Origin: a virus
Taxonomy: Duplodnaviria; Caudoviricetes
Length of the DNA: 60,102 nt
Reading direction: 5' to 3' (one strand)
IMG/VR virus record: IMGVR_UViG_3300022221_000008
Location: 1-60,102 of that record
A program made the position numbers and the translations under genes. The notes beneath the pieces were generated by a model that was not told the origin of the DNA, searched no databases, and saw only the letters and a list, made by a program, of their open reading frames with translations. Positions 18,469-27,583 of this stretch are shown piece after piece; the stretch's first letter is position 1, and the number at the start of each line of letters is the position of its first letter.

Positions 18469-19057
18469 CCTCAGCCTCCAATGCCGCTTTGCCGTGGGGT
18501 GATGCTTCTTTCCGAAGAAAGTCCCGCACGCTGTCTTTTGAGTAGCCCTGAGCCAAAAAATAGTCGGCTTTCAGAAGCGCCGCCCTGGCCTCCGCAAGCT
18601 TGCTCTCAAGCCTTGCCATTCGCTTCGCCGCTTCCTCGGCCACCGTCTCGGCCACGTGTTCCCCGACACAAACCCCATCGGCTTCCGTGGCGCCGGGAAA
18701 GTTCTTCTGGTCATCCTTGAACCACGGATAGCCTAGCGCCTTGCCAAGGGTTTGGCATATTTCCTCGTTCTGCCTAGAGCAGGCGCGCTCAAGCTTGGCC
18801 CTAGCGTCTCTTGCCTGGTCAAGCCATACGTTCATGAAGTCAAGGATGGTTTTCCCATCTGGCCTGATGTCGTCTAGCCGCTCGTGCCTGAGAATCTCGT
18901 TCTCGCGCTCAAGCTCTGCGATGCGGGCCTTAAGACCGTCGATAATCCCTATGGCGTCTTCAAGCTTGCCGCTAAGAAACTCTGCGTCAGCCGGCCCCTC
19001 GGCAAAGTCGCTGTAGTCGCGCTGGGGCATCCGATAGGCTTTCTGGTCTTCGGTCAT
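18461..19057 (-). CDS. Hypothetical coiled-coil protein
   Basis: GGAGG RBS; overlaps neighbours in the leftward operon. Confidence 0.6.
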   Translation of the reverse strand: MTEDQKAYRMPQRDYSDFAEGPADAEFLSGKLEDAIGIIDGLKARIAELERENEILRHERLDDIRPDGKTILDFMNVWLDQARDARAKLERACSRQNEEICQTLGKALGYPWFKDDQKNFPGATEADGVCVGEHVAETVAEEAAKRMARLESKLAEARAALLKADYFLAQGYSKDSVRDFLRKEASPHGKAALEAEDV

Positions 19058-19335
19058 GTTTCCTCCGGGGGTGGGGGAAGGGGCATGTAGTGTGTCGGCT
19101 GATCGGCGGCAGATGTGTGTCCATTAACTGACCAAACGCCACCGCCCCATTCAGCCCATGAGCAAATGGCCACATCTTGTCTGGCCACATAGCCGCGCCT
19201 TCCAGGTAGGAAGCCAAGGAACGCTGTTCCGTCTCTAGGCGCGCTCTCAATAGTCCGCCACCCGTGCCCGTCTGGCTTTGTCAGGTCGGGGCCGTGTCCC
19301 CAGATGCCGCCGGTCATGTGAAGAAGACTCCCCAT
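19054..19335 (-). CDS. DUF551-like phage protein
   Basis: WRTIESAPRDGT...PTHYMPLPPPP motifs. Confidence 0.65.
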   Translation of the reverse strand: MGSLLHMTGGIWGHGPDLTKPDGHGWRTIESAPRDGTAFLGFLPGRRGYVARQDVAICSWAEWGGGVWSVNGHTSAADQPTHYMPLPPPPEET

Positions 19336-19402
19336 ACGAAGGCTGCCATAGCGATAGCCACCAGCCCCAAGATGCAGGCGTAGTCAATCCATGTCGGTTT
19401 GC

Positions 19403-20137
19403 TCACGTCGCTTCTCCTATGTTGGCCAGAGTGGGGCGGAAGGTCATAGCCACCACCTCGGGGTTCTCATCCCAGGCGCCGGGGCCGTGAGGGGAAGTCC
19501 AGACCAGGCGAAAGCAAAATTCCGGCGTCGGCCCCCATTGCGGCTGGTCGCGCTCATTCTTTGACGCCCCCCAGCCCTGCCGGGTGCCTGGCGCGAGCCA
19601 AACCCCCTCCATCGGGTCTTTCTCGATATCGATGAAATGTTCCTGGGCGAAGTCGCGATACCACTCCAGATCCTCAGCTGTAGGCTCGGTCTTGTAGATG
19701 CCCTCCGCTATCGCATCTTCTTCGCTGATCGCCTGCACCGGCTCTCTCTTGACGGCGGTCACGTGCAGGGTGATGCGGGAAGCCCAGCGGGGCATGTGGA
19801 TGGAGGGCGTCCAGCACCACTCATGAGCGTTGTCCAAATCCGCCTTGTAGACAGCGCTTCTTGGCGGGCCGTCGACTTCTGCCCACGTCTCTCTGACCCA
19901 CAGCCGATCTCCAGGCTTCACGCGCTGCCAGGTGGTGGGCATGGGGCCTGGGCCTTTGCACAATTGATGATCGGCGTGAAGGGTCATGTCGGCTCGCGAG
20001 TAGCCGCAAGCGGGGCAACGCCCATCGCCCTTCCAGGCCAGCCTTCGCGTCTGCGTCTTCCCCGTGCCGGGCCGGTCGATCTCCCGCAAGAGGGCCTTGA
20101 CCATGGGGCCGCTGAAGATGATGCCGTAGTCAGTCAT
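19403..20137 (-). CDS. ASCH/PUA-like phage protein
   Basis: IIFSGPMVKALL..GKTQTRR, GDRLWVRETW, WTPSIHMPRWASRITL and WDENPEV motifs. Confidence 0.7.
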   Translation of the reverse strand: MTDYGIIFSGPMVKALLREIDRPGTGKTQTRRLAWKGDGRCPACGYSRADMTLHADHQLCKGPGPMPTTWQRVKPGDRLWVRETWAEVDGPPRSAVYKADLDNAHEWCWTPSIHMPRWASRITLHVTAVKREPVQAISEEDAIAEGIYKTEPTAEDLEWYRDFAQEHFIDIEKDPMEGVWLAPGTRQGWGASKNERDQPQWGPTPEFCFRLVWTSPHGPGAWDENPEVVAMTFRPTLANIGEAT

Positions 20138-20624
20138 TCCGAATCTCCAATATCAGCGCCGTGCCCTTCTCCAGAGCCACCGGCAGGGGGTTGGTGTCGT
20201 AGATGGCCTGTAGCTCGTGGCAGAGCTTGAGGGGGTCGATCTGCCGGGCGGCCCACCAAAGGCGCTCGTTCGTGCCGTGCTGCGCCTCGGGGCCGTTCAG
20301 GTGGCATTCAGGGCAGAGCGGCAGCGTAAAGCGATCTGACTTGATGGCGGGGGCTTTGCTGTAGCGCCAACCTTTTCCGAGGCAATGGGGGCACGTTTCG
20401 TATTCTGTTCCCCAAGGAGACGGTTTCTCATAAAGCCCGTCCTCACAAAGCACGCTGTTGCACGGCTCACCTCCGCGATAATGCGCCACATGACAGGGCT
20501 TTGCTCCGCACACCACGCACCCCGCTCCCTGCTCGCCGCCGAGTGCAGCGATGTAGCCCATGTACTTCGGGTCACGCACGCGCCCGGTCTTCGGCGTTGG
20601 GGGGCTGGGAGCTATGCGGGACAT
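20130..20624 (-). CDS. DUF968/HNH-like Zn-binding putative nuclease
   Basis: CVVCG...H, SDRFTLPLCPECH...H..NERLWW motifs. Confidence 0.6.
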   Translation of the reverse strand: MSRIAPSPPTPKTGRVRDPKYMGYIAALGGEQGAGCVVCGAKPCHVAHYRGGEPCNSVLCEDGLYEKPSPWGTEYETCPHCLGKGWRYSKAPAIKSDRFTLPLCPECHLNGPEAQHGTNERLWWAARQIDPLKLCHELQAIYDTNPLPVALEKGTALILEIRND

Positions 20625-20625
20625 T

Positions 20626-20835
20626 TCACCCTTCCTTTGGCAGGCGCGCCATAGGGAACTGGTCCCATCCTGATTCTGACGCCCCGATCTGGTCAATTGT
20701 TAGCCGCGCACGGTCAAGCAGCTTGAGCACGGCTTCGTCATTGCCGAGTGGTGCGAGCGCGCTGGCCATGGAACCAATGGCAAGATGCAGGTCAAGCAAT
20801 GTGCTCCGAATGTTTTCCAAATCCCTATCGTCCAT
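20626..20835 (-). CDS. Hypothetical protein
   Basis: GGAGG RBS; tiles the operon. Confidence 0.5.
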   Translation of the reverse strand: MDDRDLENIRSTLLDLHLAIGSMASALAPLGNDEAVLKLLDRARLTIDQIGASESGWDQFPMARLPKEG

Positions 20836-20836
20836 C

Positions 20837-21379
20837 TCACCCTCCTATCCGTTCGGCCATCCGGCCAGTGCTCTGCTCGAACGTCATCATAAGTTCGTCA
20901 AACGCGGCAGCGGCCTCAGGGTTGCTGTCAAGGCCGGCACGAGAGGCAACGCCACACCTTTCGCGGAGCCATTGCGTTGCGTGACTCTCGCTTGGCTCGG
21001 CAGGCATCCAGCCTCTTGGGCATCCATCTTTTTTCCAGGCCCATTTCTGAAACTCCGGGTCCTTACACCGCAGGGCTGCCTTCTGACTGCGTGTCATATC
21101 GGACCAGTGCCGCTTGGTCTTTTCCTGCCCCACAGGAGCCGCTACAGCGTCATCGTCGTCCAGGGGCACGGCAATGAGCCCGAAGCGCTGGCCCTTCTCA
21201 CGGCCCGTCTTGAGGCCCTTGAAGGGGTGCCTTTCGGAGCCGTCCGGTCCATCGTCCAGGAAGAACTCGACATACTGCCCCTTCCGGGCCGTCTCGCCGT
21301 GGTTCGATAGCTGCGCTTCTCCGCAGTAGGTCATCTTGCCGTCGCGGATGGCGGCCGTGATGTGTTCTGGAATTGACAC
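20837..21379 (-). CDS. Hypothetical protein
   Basis: GGAGG RBS; C-terminal AALRCKDPEFQKW...WLRERCGVASRAGLD motif common in phages. Confidence 0.6.
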   Translation of the reverse strand: MSIPEHITAAIRDGKMTYCGEAQLSNHGETARKGQYVEFFLDDGPDGSERHPFKGLKTGREKGQRFGLIAVPLDDDDAVAAPVGQEKTKRHWSDMTRSQKAALRCKDPEFQKWAWKKDGCPRGWMPAEPSESHATQWLRERCGVASRAGLDSNPEAAAAFDELMMTFEQSTGRMAERIGG

Positions 21380-21390
21380 AAACGCCTCCC

Positions 21391-21990
21391 TTAGAACGGC
21401 ACCTCATCATCCAACTCGTCATCCGGCGGCGATGCGGGCGGCGGGGCCTCGGGAGCCGTTTCGAACTCAGAAATGCGGGACCGCTCGACCCACTGCTCCA
21501 GTTCGAATATCGGCTCGAAGCTGTCGCCGTTGATGCCCTTGATGATCGATACGCCGGTGCAGCGGAAGACCGGCACCTTTTTGGGGTTGGCGGCCTTGCC
21601 CTTCTCGAAGAGGTCGTAGGCGCGCTTGACGGAGCCCTTAGCCGCGTTGGCGTTGGAGGTCCACTGCCGCAATCCGAGAGGCTGCCCACCAAGATGGGGA
21701 ACGGGGTCGGAGCCGTAGACCATGACTTCGAAGCCGTCCTTGTACTGCGCCTTGCCGATGGGTTCGGGACGGGGTTGACGTTCGCCATTGTAGTCCCACA
21801 CGAACTGCGGCGGGGAAGCGGGCGGGAAGCAAATCCAGCCGGTCTTGATGTTTTCGAAGTCGATGGCGAAGCGTGGGTTCTGGACCTCGACCTCATCGCC
21901 GTTTTCGTTCTTGACGAACCATCGGCCAGCCTTGGCATTGTACTTGAGGAACGGTGTATAATCACCGCCAGTCGTTAAATTAAGAGTCAC
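21391..21990 (-). CDS. Putative single-stranded DNA-binding protein
   Basis: Beta-rich core, Pro-rich linker and acidic DDELDDEVPF C-terminus. Confidence 0.55.
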   Translation of the reverse strand: MTLNLTTGGDYTPFLKYNAKAGRWFVKNENGDEVEVQNPRFAIDFENIKTGWICFPPASPPQFVWDYNGERQPRPEPIGKAQYKDGFEVMVYGSDPVPHLGGQPLGLRQWTSNANAAKGSVKRAYDLFEKGKAANPKKVPVFRCTGVSIIKGINGDSFEPIFELEQWVERSRISEFETAPEAPPPASPPDDELDDEVPF

Positions 21991-22201
21991 TTTCGTTCTC
22001 CTTCTTCGGTGTAAAGCTGGGGCACATGCCCCCGTTGATTCCGCTGCACAGCATGAATGGATCGAATCCTGTCCATTTGCCCTCAGCGTCGATCTCGTCG
22101 TGCCACGGAAGTCTCGGGTATTTGGAGCATATCCAGCGCCACCATGGGCGATTCTCCGATACAGCGTGGCGGTTGTCGCAGTCTTCGCAGAGGGTGGTCA
22201 T
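21980..22201 (-). CDS. Small Cys-rich hypothetical protein
   Basis: CEDC...C...C...C pattern; overlaps neighbours. Confidence 0.5.
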   Translation of the reverse strand: MTTLCEDCDNRHAVSENRPWWRWICSKYPRLPWHDEIDAEGKWTGFDPFMLCSGINGGMCPSFTPKKENESDS

Positions 22202-22548
22202 CTGACGAAACGAGACACCAGATAACCGGCGGGCTCCAGGATGATCGGGACAGAGTGGTTCGCCAAGAGCGCCCCGATAAGGATCAGAACGCCGCCCACA
22301 AAACACAGCACTCCGCCGCACTCAGAGGTCATGTTGTAAACCGTGCCAAGTGGCAGCAACCGCCGTCCATGCTTGATTGAATAGAACGCACAAATCATCA
22401 TGGCTGCGCTAAGGGCTAATGACACCCATGCCTCCACCATTGTATAGCGAATAAGCTTTTCGGTCAGTATCGGCGCATATTCTGTTGCCGCACCTTGGCC
22501 TTGTTCGATAAGCTCAATGAGCTTTTCCGTGAGTTGGTCTTCCATCAC
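22198..22548 (-). CDS. Hypothetical membrane protein
   Basis: Two TM segments. Confidence 0.5.
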   Translation of the reverse strand: MMEDQLTEKLIELIEQGQGAATEYAPILTEKLIRYTMVEAWVSLALSAAMMICAFYSIKHGRRLLPLGTVYNMTSECGGVLCFVGGVLILIGALLANHSVPIILEPAGYLVSRFVR

Positions 22549-22576
22549 TTCTGATCCTTCTCCTGGCAGAGGGTGG

Positions 22577-22843
22577 TCATTCCTTTATCTCGAACAGGTG
22601 CCCAACGAGGGTGCCGTCGAACATCTGGAACGTGCCAATGTACTCAACCAATTCCTCGATCTTGTGTCCTGTTCCGGCCAGTCGGAAGGTGCGGCTTTCG
22701 GTTGGCGCCAAAGGATCGACAAGGCACCAGATCATCGGTCCGCCATGTTGGGCCTGAACGCTGAGAATCTGTGCTCTTATGGGCATGGTCAGGGAGAACG
22801 TATCCGTGCTCGGCACTTGAAATTTCCAAACTGCTTTCATCAC
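22577..22843 (-). CDS. Conserved phage hypothetical protein
   Basis: AQILSVQAQHG..MIW...GTGH...YIGTFQ...LVGHLFE pattern. Confidence 0.6.
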   Translation of the reverse strand: MMKAVWKFQVPSTDTFSLTMPIRAQILSVQAQHGGPMIWCLVDPLAPTESRTFRLAGTGHKIEELVEYIGTFQMFDGTLVGHLFEIKE

Positions 22844-23043
22844 TCCGCATCCTTCCTCTGTATCTCCTGCGCCAACTCAAGGATGGTCTTCAATCTCTCC
22901 TTGTGGACGGCCGGAACTTTAATACTTGATTGCACGTAAGTGTGCGCATGAAGCAATTCCCGATAGGCCATGTCGATATGATGGGCCAATGCCTGCTGGT
23001 CGTCCCTGTAGTCCCTCAGGCGGGCGTGGTCTTCGGGGTTCAT
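22840..23043 (-). CDS. Hypothetical protein
   Basis: ATGA-type overlaps in the operon. Confidence 0.45.
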   Translation of the reverse strand: MNPEDHARLRDYRDDQQALAHHIDMAYRELLHAHTYVQSSIKVPAVHKERLKTILELAQEIQRKDAE

Positions 23044-23228
23044 GGCTTGGTCCTGGTTAGATTTCTTGCCAGCCGTGCGGCCAACCCTGCCGCAATAAAG
23101 AATGGCCAAAGAATCAAGGTCACCATTGCTGCTCCAATATCGTTCGTTTTGGCATGCACAGCCGATGCCATTCCAGCCCCGATACTGACGTACAGCGCAA
23201 CAAGAAGTACCCAGGCCCACCAAGTCAT
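23040..23228 (-). CDS. Small membrane protein
   Basis: MTWWAWVLLVALY... with two hydrophobic segments. Confidence 0.45.
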   Translation of the reverse strand: MTWWAWVLLVALYVSIGAGMASAVHAKTNDIGAAMVTLILWPFFIAAGLAARLARNLTRTKP

Positions 23229-23425
23229 GACGCAATCCACTCCCCAACAGAGAACCCGAGCCAAACCATCATAGCAGCGCTCAGCAGGCACAGCAGAAGG
23301 CCAACCCAGCGCCATAGCCGGGGGCGCTTCGTCTCCGGCGTGGTCATGTGGATGTTCAGCAGGCCGGCCTTCACGAGCGGGGACGGCTGATCGAAGCGGC
23401 GGGGGTTTCCCCAAAGGCGGGTCAT
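23225..23425 (-). CDS. Small membrane protein
   Basis: C-terminal TM helix; tiles the operon. Confidence 0.4.
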   Translation of the reverse strand: MTRLWGNPRRFDQPSPLVKAGLLNIHMTTPETKRPRLWRWVGLLLCLLSAAMMVWLGFSVGEWIAS

Positions 23426-23426
23426 G

Positions 23427-23693
23427 TCAATCCAATCCTGTCTCGGGTTTAGCCTGTCGAATACGATGCGCCATCAACTCGAAGGCGTCCGCAAGCTGTT
23501 CGCGCCGTTCTGGCGATTTTGGGAGCCAGAATGTCACCGCGCTACGGTCGTCGTCTTTAGGCGGGTGGTGCAATCGGTCGCTGCTATGCAGCATTAGGCG
23601 AACAGCGGTATAGACAATCCCTGTGTTGGAGCGCTTTTCCTCGACCTGGACTTCGTTTGTCATTTCTTGGCTGTAAACGTTAATTCGCATCAC
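23427..23693 (-). CDS. Conserved phage hypothetical protein
   Basis: MRINVYSQE...LHHPPKDDDRSAVTFW; AAGGAG RBS. Confidence 0.6.
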   Translation of the reverse strand: MMRINVYSQEMTNEVQVEEKRSNTGIVYTAVRLMLHSSDRLHHPPKDDDRSAVTFWLPKSPERREQLADAFELMAHRIRQAKPETGLD

Positions 23694-23979
23694 TCGTCTC
23701 CTTCTGTGGGGTGGCGAAAACTCTCGCTGCTTTCGCGAAGTCCTTGGTTAGCAATTCATAGCGGCCATCGTTGGTCGCATTGGCTATGACCAGACCGCTC
23801 CCGCGAACTGATTTGGCGTATCGGACAAACGGCATCAGCGCCCCCTCCAATTCCGCCACGCGGGTTTTGAGCGCGGCGTTCTCTGCTAACAGGCGCTCGT
23901 TTGCCTCCTCGCCATGGACCGGGCAATTGTCATCCACCGGCTCTGGCAAGGGAAGGCAAGTGCATATATATTCGCTCAT
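23680..23979 (-). CDS. Hypothetical protein
   Basis: CTC...CPVHG motif plus coiled coil. Confidence 0.5.
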   Translation of the reverse strand: MSEYICTCLPLPEPVDDNCPVHGEEANERLLAENAALKTRVAELEGALMPFVRYAKSVRGSGLVIANATNDGRYELLTKDFAKAARVFATPQKETSDAN

Positions 23980-24320
23980 CCCGCATCTCCTTTGCTGGCC
24001 TTGTTGAGGGCGTCTACGGCTTCTTTCTCCCACTGCGCCACTGCCTTGCCTTGTTTCTGACCGATCTCATTCGTCATTTGAAAACTGCAAACACCTAGAC
24101 GCCTGGCTGCTCTGTGCAGCGCCCCACGCAACCGCTCAATCTCCGCGTCCTTCTCATCACAGAGCGCCCGCAAGCGGCGTATCTCGGCGGTTGTGCAAGC
24201 AAGCGCTGTGCGATACCACAGTGGGTCGAGAGCACATTTTGGCATTGACCCATGCGGCCACTTCTCGTCTACCTCCAGGGCCTTCTCAATCGCATCTAGG
24301 TCTAGGGGGCTGTCGGTCAT
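23976..24320 (-). CDS. Hypothetical protein (Ead/Ea22-like)
   Basis: LDLDAIE...AEIRRLR pattern. Confidence 0.5.
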   Translation of the reverse strand: MTDSPLDLDAIEKALEVDEKWPHGSMPKCALDPLWYRTALACTTAEIRRLRALCDEKDAEIERLRGALHRAARRLGVCSFQMTNEIGQKQGKAVAQWEKEAVDALNKASKGDAG

Positions 24321-24517
24321 GGCAAATTCCTTGCGGCATGCTCGCCCTCTTCAGTCAAAGACCATGCATCCCAGCCGTTCCAATAGATGACTAGGCCAAG
24401 ATCCCTCAGGGCCTTGAGCGCAGGCTTCTCCTTGCGAATGCTCATGCTGTAACAGCCCTTCCAGTCGGCCAGCTTTTTCAGCATGGCGGTTTGGTCATCG
24501 GTCAAATTGTCGGTCAT
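24317..24517 (-). CDS. Small winged-helix-like hypothetical protein
   Basis: LKALRDLGLV...WSLTEEG motif. Confidence 0.45.
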   Translation of the reverse strand: MTDNLTDDQTAMLKKLADWKGCYSMSIRKEKPALKALRDLGLVIYWNGWDAWSLTEEGEHAARNLP

Positions 24518-24735
24518 GATTGGCCCCCTTCGAGCGGATGCGGGCATGGGTCCAAAAGACAGAGCGGGTGCGAATAGGCCGGGTGCGCCATCGCTTCGCG
24601 CTCAGACCTGAACGAAAGCGCCTTTTCCGGGTCCGCTGTCGTGAATGGCCCTATCTCCGACATGCCAGCCAGCCACAGCGGCTTGCCGTCCACTTCCTTG
24701 AAATACTTCAGGGCGAATGTCTTGCTGTCAGTCAT
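24514..24735 (-). CDS. Hypothetical protein
   Basis: Tiles the operon. Confidence 0.45.
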   Translation of the reverse strand: MTDSKTFALKYFKEVDGKPLWLAGMSEIGPFTTADPEKALSFRSEREAMAHPAYSHPLCLLDPCPHPLEGGQS

Positions 24736-24739
24736 GGGG

Positions 24740-24955
24740 CTACTCCGCCTTATCCAGTTCATCCATGGCCCACTCGACGGCCTCCGCACGCTCTCTGAAC
24801 CTGTCGCCATCTCGCCATGATGTGGACGATCCGTTCTCGCACTGGAGTTCACGCTGGCGGTAGCTCTCGGCAATGTCCTTCAGCAGGCGCATCTTGTTCT
24901 GGCGCTGGACCTGCTCCAGGGTGCGGGGCGCGCGGGTGAGGTAGGGGCTGATCAT
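24740..24955 (-). CDS. Hypothetical protein
   Basis: Tiles the operon. Confidence 0.45.
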   Translation of the reverse strand: MISPYLTRAPRTLEQVQRQNKMRLLKDIAESYRQRELQCENGSSTSWRDGDRFRERAEAVEWAMDELDKAE

Positions 24956-24961
24956 GGTGTC

Positions 24962-25618
24962 TCATTCCTCCTTCTTGGCGGGCAATGGCCAGTCCTCGGG
25001 CTCGTCGTCGGACAGCCACAGAACAAGGCGGTCGTATTGCCACTCTTTTTCGGCACTTCCGGCCCAGGCGGCGGCCCAGGCGGCGGCCCCGGCGGCGGCC
25101 CAGGCGGCGGCCCAGGCGGCGGCCCTGGCGGCGGCCCTGGCGGCGGCCCAGGCGGCGGCCCCGGCGGCGGCCCTGGCGGCGGCCCAGGCGGCGGCCCCGG
25201 CGGCGGCCCTGGCGGCGGCCCCGGCGGCGTCCCCGGCGGCGGCCCCGGCGGCGGCGGCGGCGGCCCTGGCGGCGGCCCTGGCGGCGGCCCTGATCTCGCC
25301 GCGCGCAAAAGCCCTGGCGGCTTCGATGGCCGTTCGCGGCCATGGCGATGTTCCGGTCTTCTCGTAAATATGCAGAACGCGAGCGGCACAATCCGCCATC
25401 CATAACCGCAAGCGGCGCTCGACATCCTTGTTTTCAAGAGCGACGGTGGAAGCGACCCACACCAGATCGCCGAACGACACGCCCGCGGACTTAGCATCGG
25501 CAGCACTGTACGGCCCCTTCCAGCGGTAGGCGCGGAGCTTTTTGGTCACGTCCTTGAAAACACCTTCGCAAGGCTTGAGCCGCCGCAGTTCTGCGATGGT
25601 GAGTGTCGGTGCGGTCAT
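24962..25618 (-). CDS. Imm5-like protein with Ala-rich AAA(W/R/G) repeats; paralog of 34377..34832
   Basis: LRLWMADCAARVLHIYE...PRTAIEAARAFARGEI followed by a tetrapeptide repeat tract. Confidence 0.7.
   Translation of the reverse strand: MTAPTLTIAELRRLKPCEGVFKDVTKKLRAYRWKGPYSAADAKSAGVSFGDLVWVASTVALENKDVERRLRLWMADCAARVLHIYEKTGTSPWPRTAIEAARAFARGEIRAAARAAARAAAAAAGAAAGDAAGAAARAAAGAAAWAAARAAAGAAAWAAARAAARAAAWAAAWAAAGAAAWAAAWAGSAEKEWQYDRLVLWLSDDEPEDWPLPAKKEE
25061..25292. repeat. 12-bp tandem repeat (GGCGGCGGCCCN), about 19 units
   Basis: Directly visible; encodes the AAA-W/R/G tract on the minus strand. Confidence 0.9.
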
Positions 25619-25621
25619 CTC

Positions 25622-25825
25622 TCATTCCTCCTGATCTTCGGCCACCTCGGCCTCGTGAAGATCAAGAACGATGTTCCATAGGGCGTCCCCATAGCCGATG
25701 ATGCCGTTCCAGCTGAGGTACTCATCGAAAATCCGCGCAGCATCCATTCTCTCGATCTGTTTGTCTGGGAAGCCACGCTTGCGGACATCTTCCAAAACGT
25801 CTTCTCGGATGTTCTCAATCTTCAT
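25622..25825 (-). CDS. Hypothetical protein
   Basis: AAGGAGG RBS. Confidence 0.6.
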   Translation of the reverse strand: MKIENIREDVLEDVRKRGFPDKQIERMDAARIFDEYLSWNGIIGYGDALWNIVLDLHEAEVAEDQEE

Positions 25826-25849
25826 CTCTCGTTCCTCCTTGGGGCGGCC

Positions 25850-26155
25850 CTATTCGACCTGATAGCCGGCACCATTAAGGGCGGCCTCGTGGTTCAAACC
25901 GCCGCGATAAGAGCCATCCAGTTCGCCAAAGCTCAGGCAGTTGCCGTTTTCATCGGCAGGGAAGATGTAGGTTTCGGCGCCGGAAAACATCGCGACTGTC
26001 GCCGAGACAATGACGAACTCGGTGCTGTTCTCGGGCGACTGTTCATTGCCTTCGTCGTCCCACGATGAACCCCAGCCGATAGGCTTTGACAGCTTGTAGA
26101 GCTTTGCCGTTCCGGTCCAGCCGTCCAGGTCTTTAACAAAAGTTGCCTTGTCCAT
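25850..26155 (-). CDS. Hypothetical protein flanked by 17-bp direct repeats
   Basis: AAGGAG RBS; CTCCTTGGGGCGGCCCT at 25835-25851 and 26164-26180. Confidence 0.65.
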   Translation of the reverse strand: MDKATFVKDLDGWTGTAKLYKLSKPIGWGSSWDDEGNEQSPENSTEFVIVSATVAMFSGAETYIFPADENGNCLSFGELDGSYRGGLNHEAALNGAGYQVE

Positions 26156-26236
26156 CGTCTCGTCTCCTTGGGGCGGCCCTCTAGCGGGAGGCTTTCAGAA
26201 GACCGCCCCAGGCCCCTTGTTGCTGTGTGTAGGGAC

Positions 26237-26308
26237 AACATAATCCCACTGGAATAGGAATGCAAGGGAAAAAATACGCTTGCAATGGGAAAACCGGGGT
26301 GCTATCTA
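26237..26308. promoter_or_regulatory. Divergent sigma70-like promoter pair
   Basis: Minus strand TTGCAT-N17-TATGTT (26265-26237); plus strand TTGCAA-N17-TATCTA (26280-26308); located at the switch in gene orientation. Confidence 0.5.
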
Positions 26309-26317
26309 TGGGGAGAC

Positions 26318-26548
26318 ATGGATATCTTACAGCAGCTAAGACAGGCCCGTGAGGCAGCCGGTATCAGCCGAGCCAAGCTGGCCGTGAGGGCGGGGCTCAA
26401 CAAGAACAGCCTTGCCCGCATGGATGACCCGGGTTGGAACCCAACGGCTGGGACCATCAATAGCCTGCGGAAAGTCTTCAGCGACATGGAGGCGAAAATG
26501 CAACAGGCCGGGGAAAGCCCGGCCCCCTCCGGGGAGAGTGCCATATGA
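26318..26548 (+). CDS. XRE/Cro-like HTH regulator
   Basis: LRQAREAAGISRAKLAVRAGLNKNSL...NPTAGTI. Confidence 0.75.
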   Translation: MDILQQLRQAREAAGISRAKLAVRAGLNKNSLARMDDPGWNPTAGTINSLRKVFSDMEAKMQQAGESPAPSGESAI

Positions 26549-26674
26549 CCACCCTTTGGAAACGAGCCCGCCTCGCACGGCAGAGAAAGCTGAACCACCG
26601 CTACGGCTTGCCTGACCGTGAATTGCCGAGCTTCACCAAGAAGTGGACCAAGGCTCGGCGGAAGGGCACACGAT

Positions 26675-26965
26675 ATGCCTAACCCTACGGCAGAAGAGCG
26701 TGCGCGGGACTTCTTTGGTGACCAGCCGGAAGCCCTAGCCCTGATCATTGCCCTTACCAAGCAAATCCGCCAAGCCGAGCAGGCCGCCCGGAATGAAGGG
26801 CTCTTGCAGGGCTTGGACGACGCGCTGACTAGAGCAAACGAACACTTGATCTATGTCACAAGCCAGGGCCTTAGCGCCCGTGTTGCGTCTATCAAGGCGG
26901 TTGTGAATAGCATCAAGGCCGAACGTCAATTGGCCGTTGCCAGCACCCTAAAGGCCAAGCCATGA
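26675..26965 (+). CDS. Hypothetical protein
   Basis: Helical ORF in the rightward operon. Confidence 0.45.
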   Translation: MPNPTAEERARDFFGDQPEALALIIALTKQIRQAEQAARNEGLLQGLDDALTRANEHLIYVTSQGLSARVASIKAVVNSIKAERQLAVASTLKAKP

Positions 26966-27226
26966 CCACCACCCGCACCTATCGCTACGGCGGCAAGTCG
27001 CTCAAGGTCACTTGGACCCGCTACGAGCGTTACACGGTGGTCCGTTACGAGTGGCTGTCATGAGCAGCGTAGAGACTTGGACCGATCCAGTTCTGTGCGC
27101 TGTGGCGGCGTGGAAGGACACGCCTAGAACAGCAAGGCCGGGTACTATCGTTGTTCAGTCACGTGGTAACTGTCAAAAACCCCGGAGCCGGTGTATCGAA
27201 GTCCGGCCCGCAGCGCACGCCCCGCA

Positions 27227-27583
27227 ATGAACATCACCCTGCCCTTCCCCCCGAGCGTGAATAGCCTTTATGCCGATGGCGCTAGAGGCAAATTCACGAG
27301 GAAGCGGCCAAAGTCCAAGGTCTATGTGAAGTGGCGGACGCTGGCGATGGGCGAGTTGCTTTTGCAAAAGGTTAAGCTGGTCCCTGGCCCTGTCAGGATC
27401 AGACTTCTCTACAGCCCGCCGGACAAGCGAAAGCGCGGGATCGACAATTACCCAAAGGCTGTGCTCGACCTGCTGGTCGATGCCGGTGTCATCCTAGACG
27501 ACGAGCAGTCGCTTAGAGGTTTCAGCGCCGATTGGGACGAAACTCGCAAGCCCGGCTGCTACATCACGGTGAGGCAGGTATGA
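27227..27583 (+). CDS. rusA: RusA-family Holliday junction resolvase
   Basis: LPFPPSVNSLY and PPDKRKRGIDNYPKAVLDLLVDAGVILDD motifs. Confidence 0.8.
   Translation: MNITLPFPPSVNSLYADGARGKFTRKRPKSKVYVKWRTLAMGELLLQKVKLVPGPVRIRLLYSPPDKRKRGIDNYPKAVLDLLVDAGVILDDEQSLRGFSADWDETRKPGCYITVRQV

Noticed and set aside
25061-25292. Diversity-generating retroelement (BPP-1-like architecture, NGG codon variation)
   Set aside because: No reverse transcriptase ORF and no template/variable repeat pair were seen; the variation lies within a simple tandem repeat.
24849-25506. Alternative-frame ORFs rich in PPPG, GGGP or RRRG
   Set aside because: They are shadow frames of the 12-bp GC-rich repeat; only 24962..25618 has a paralog and normal flanking sequence.
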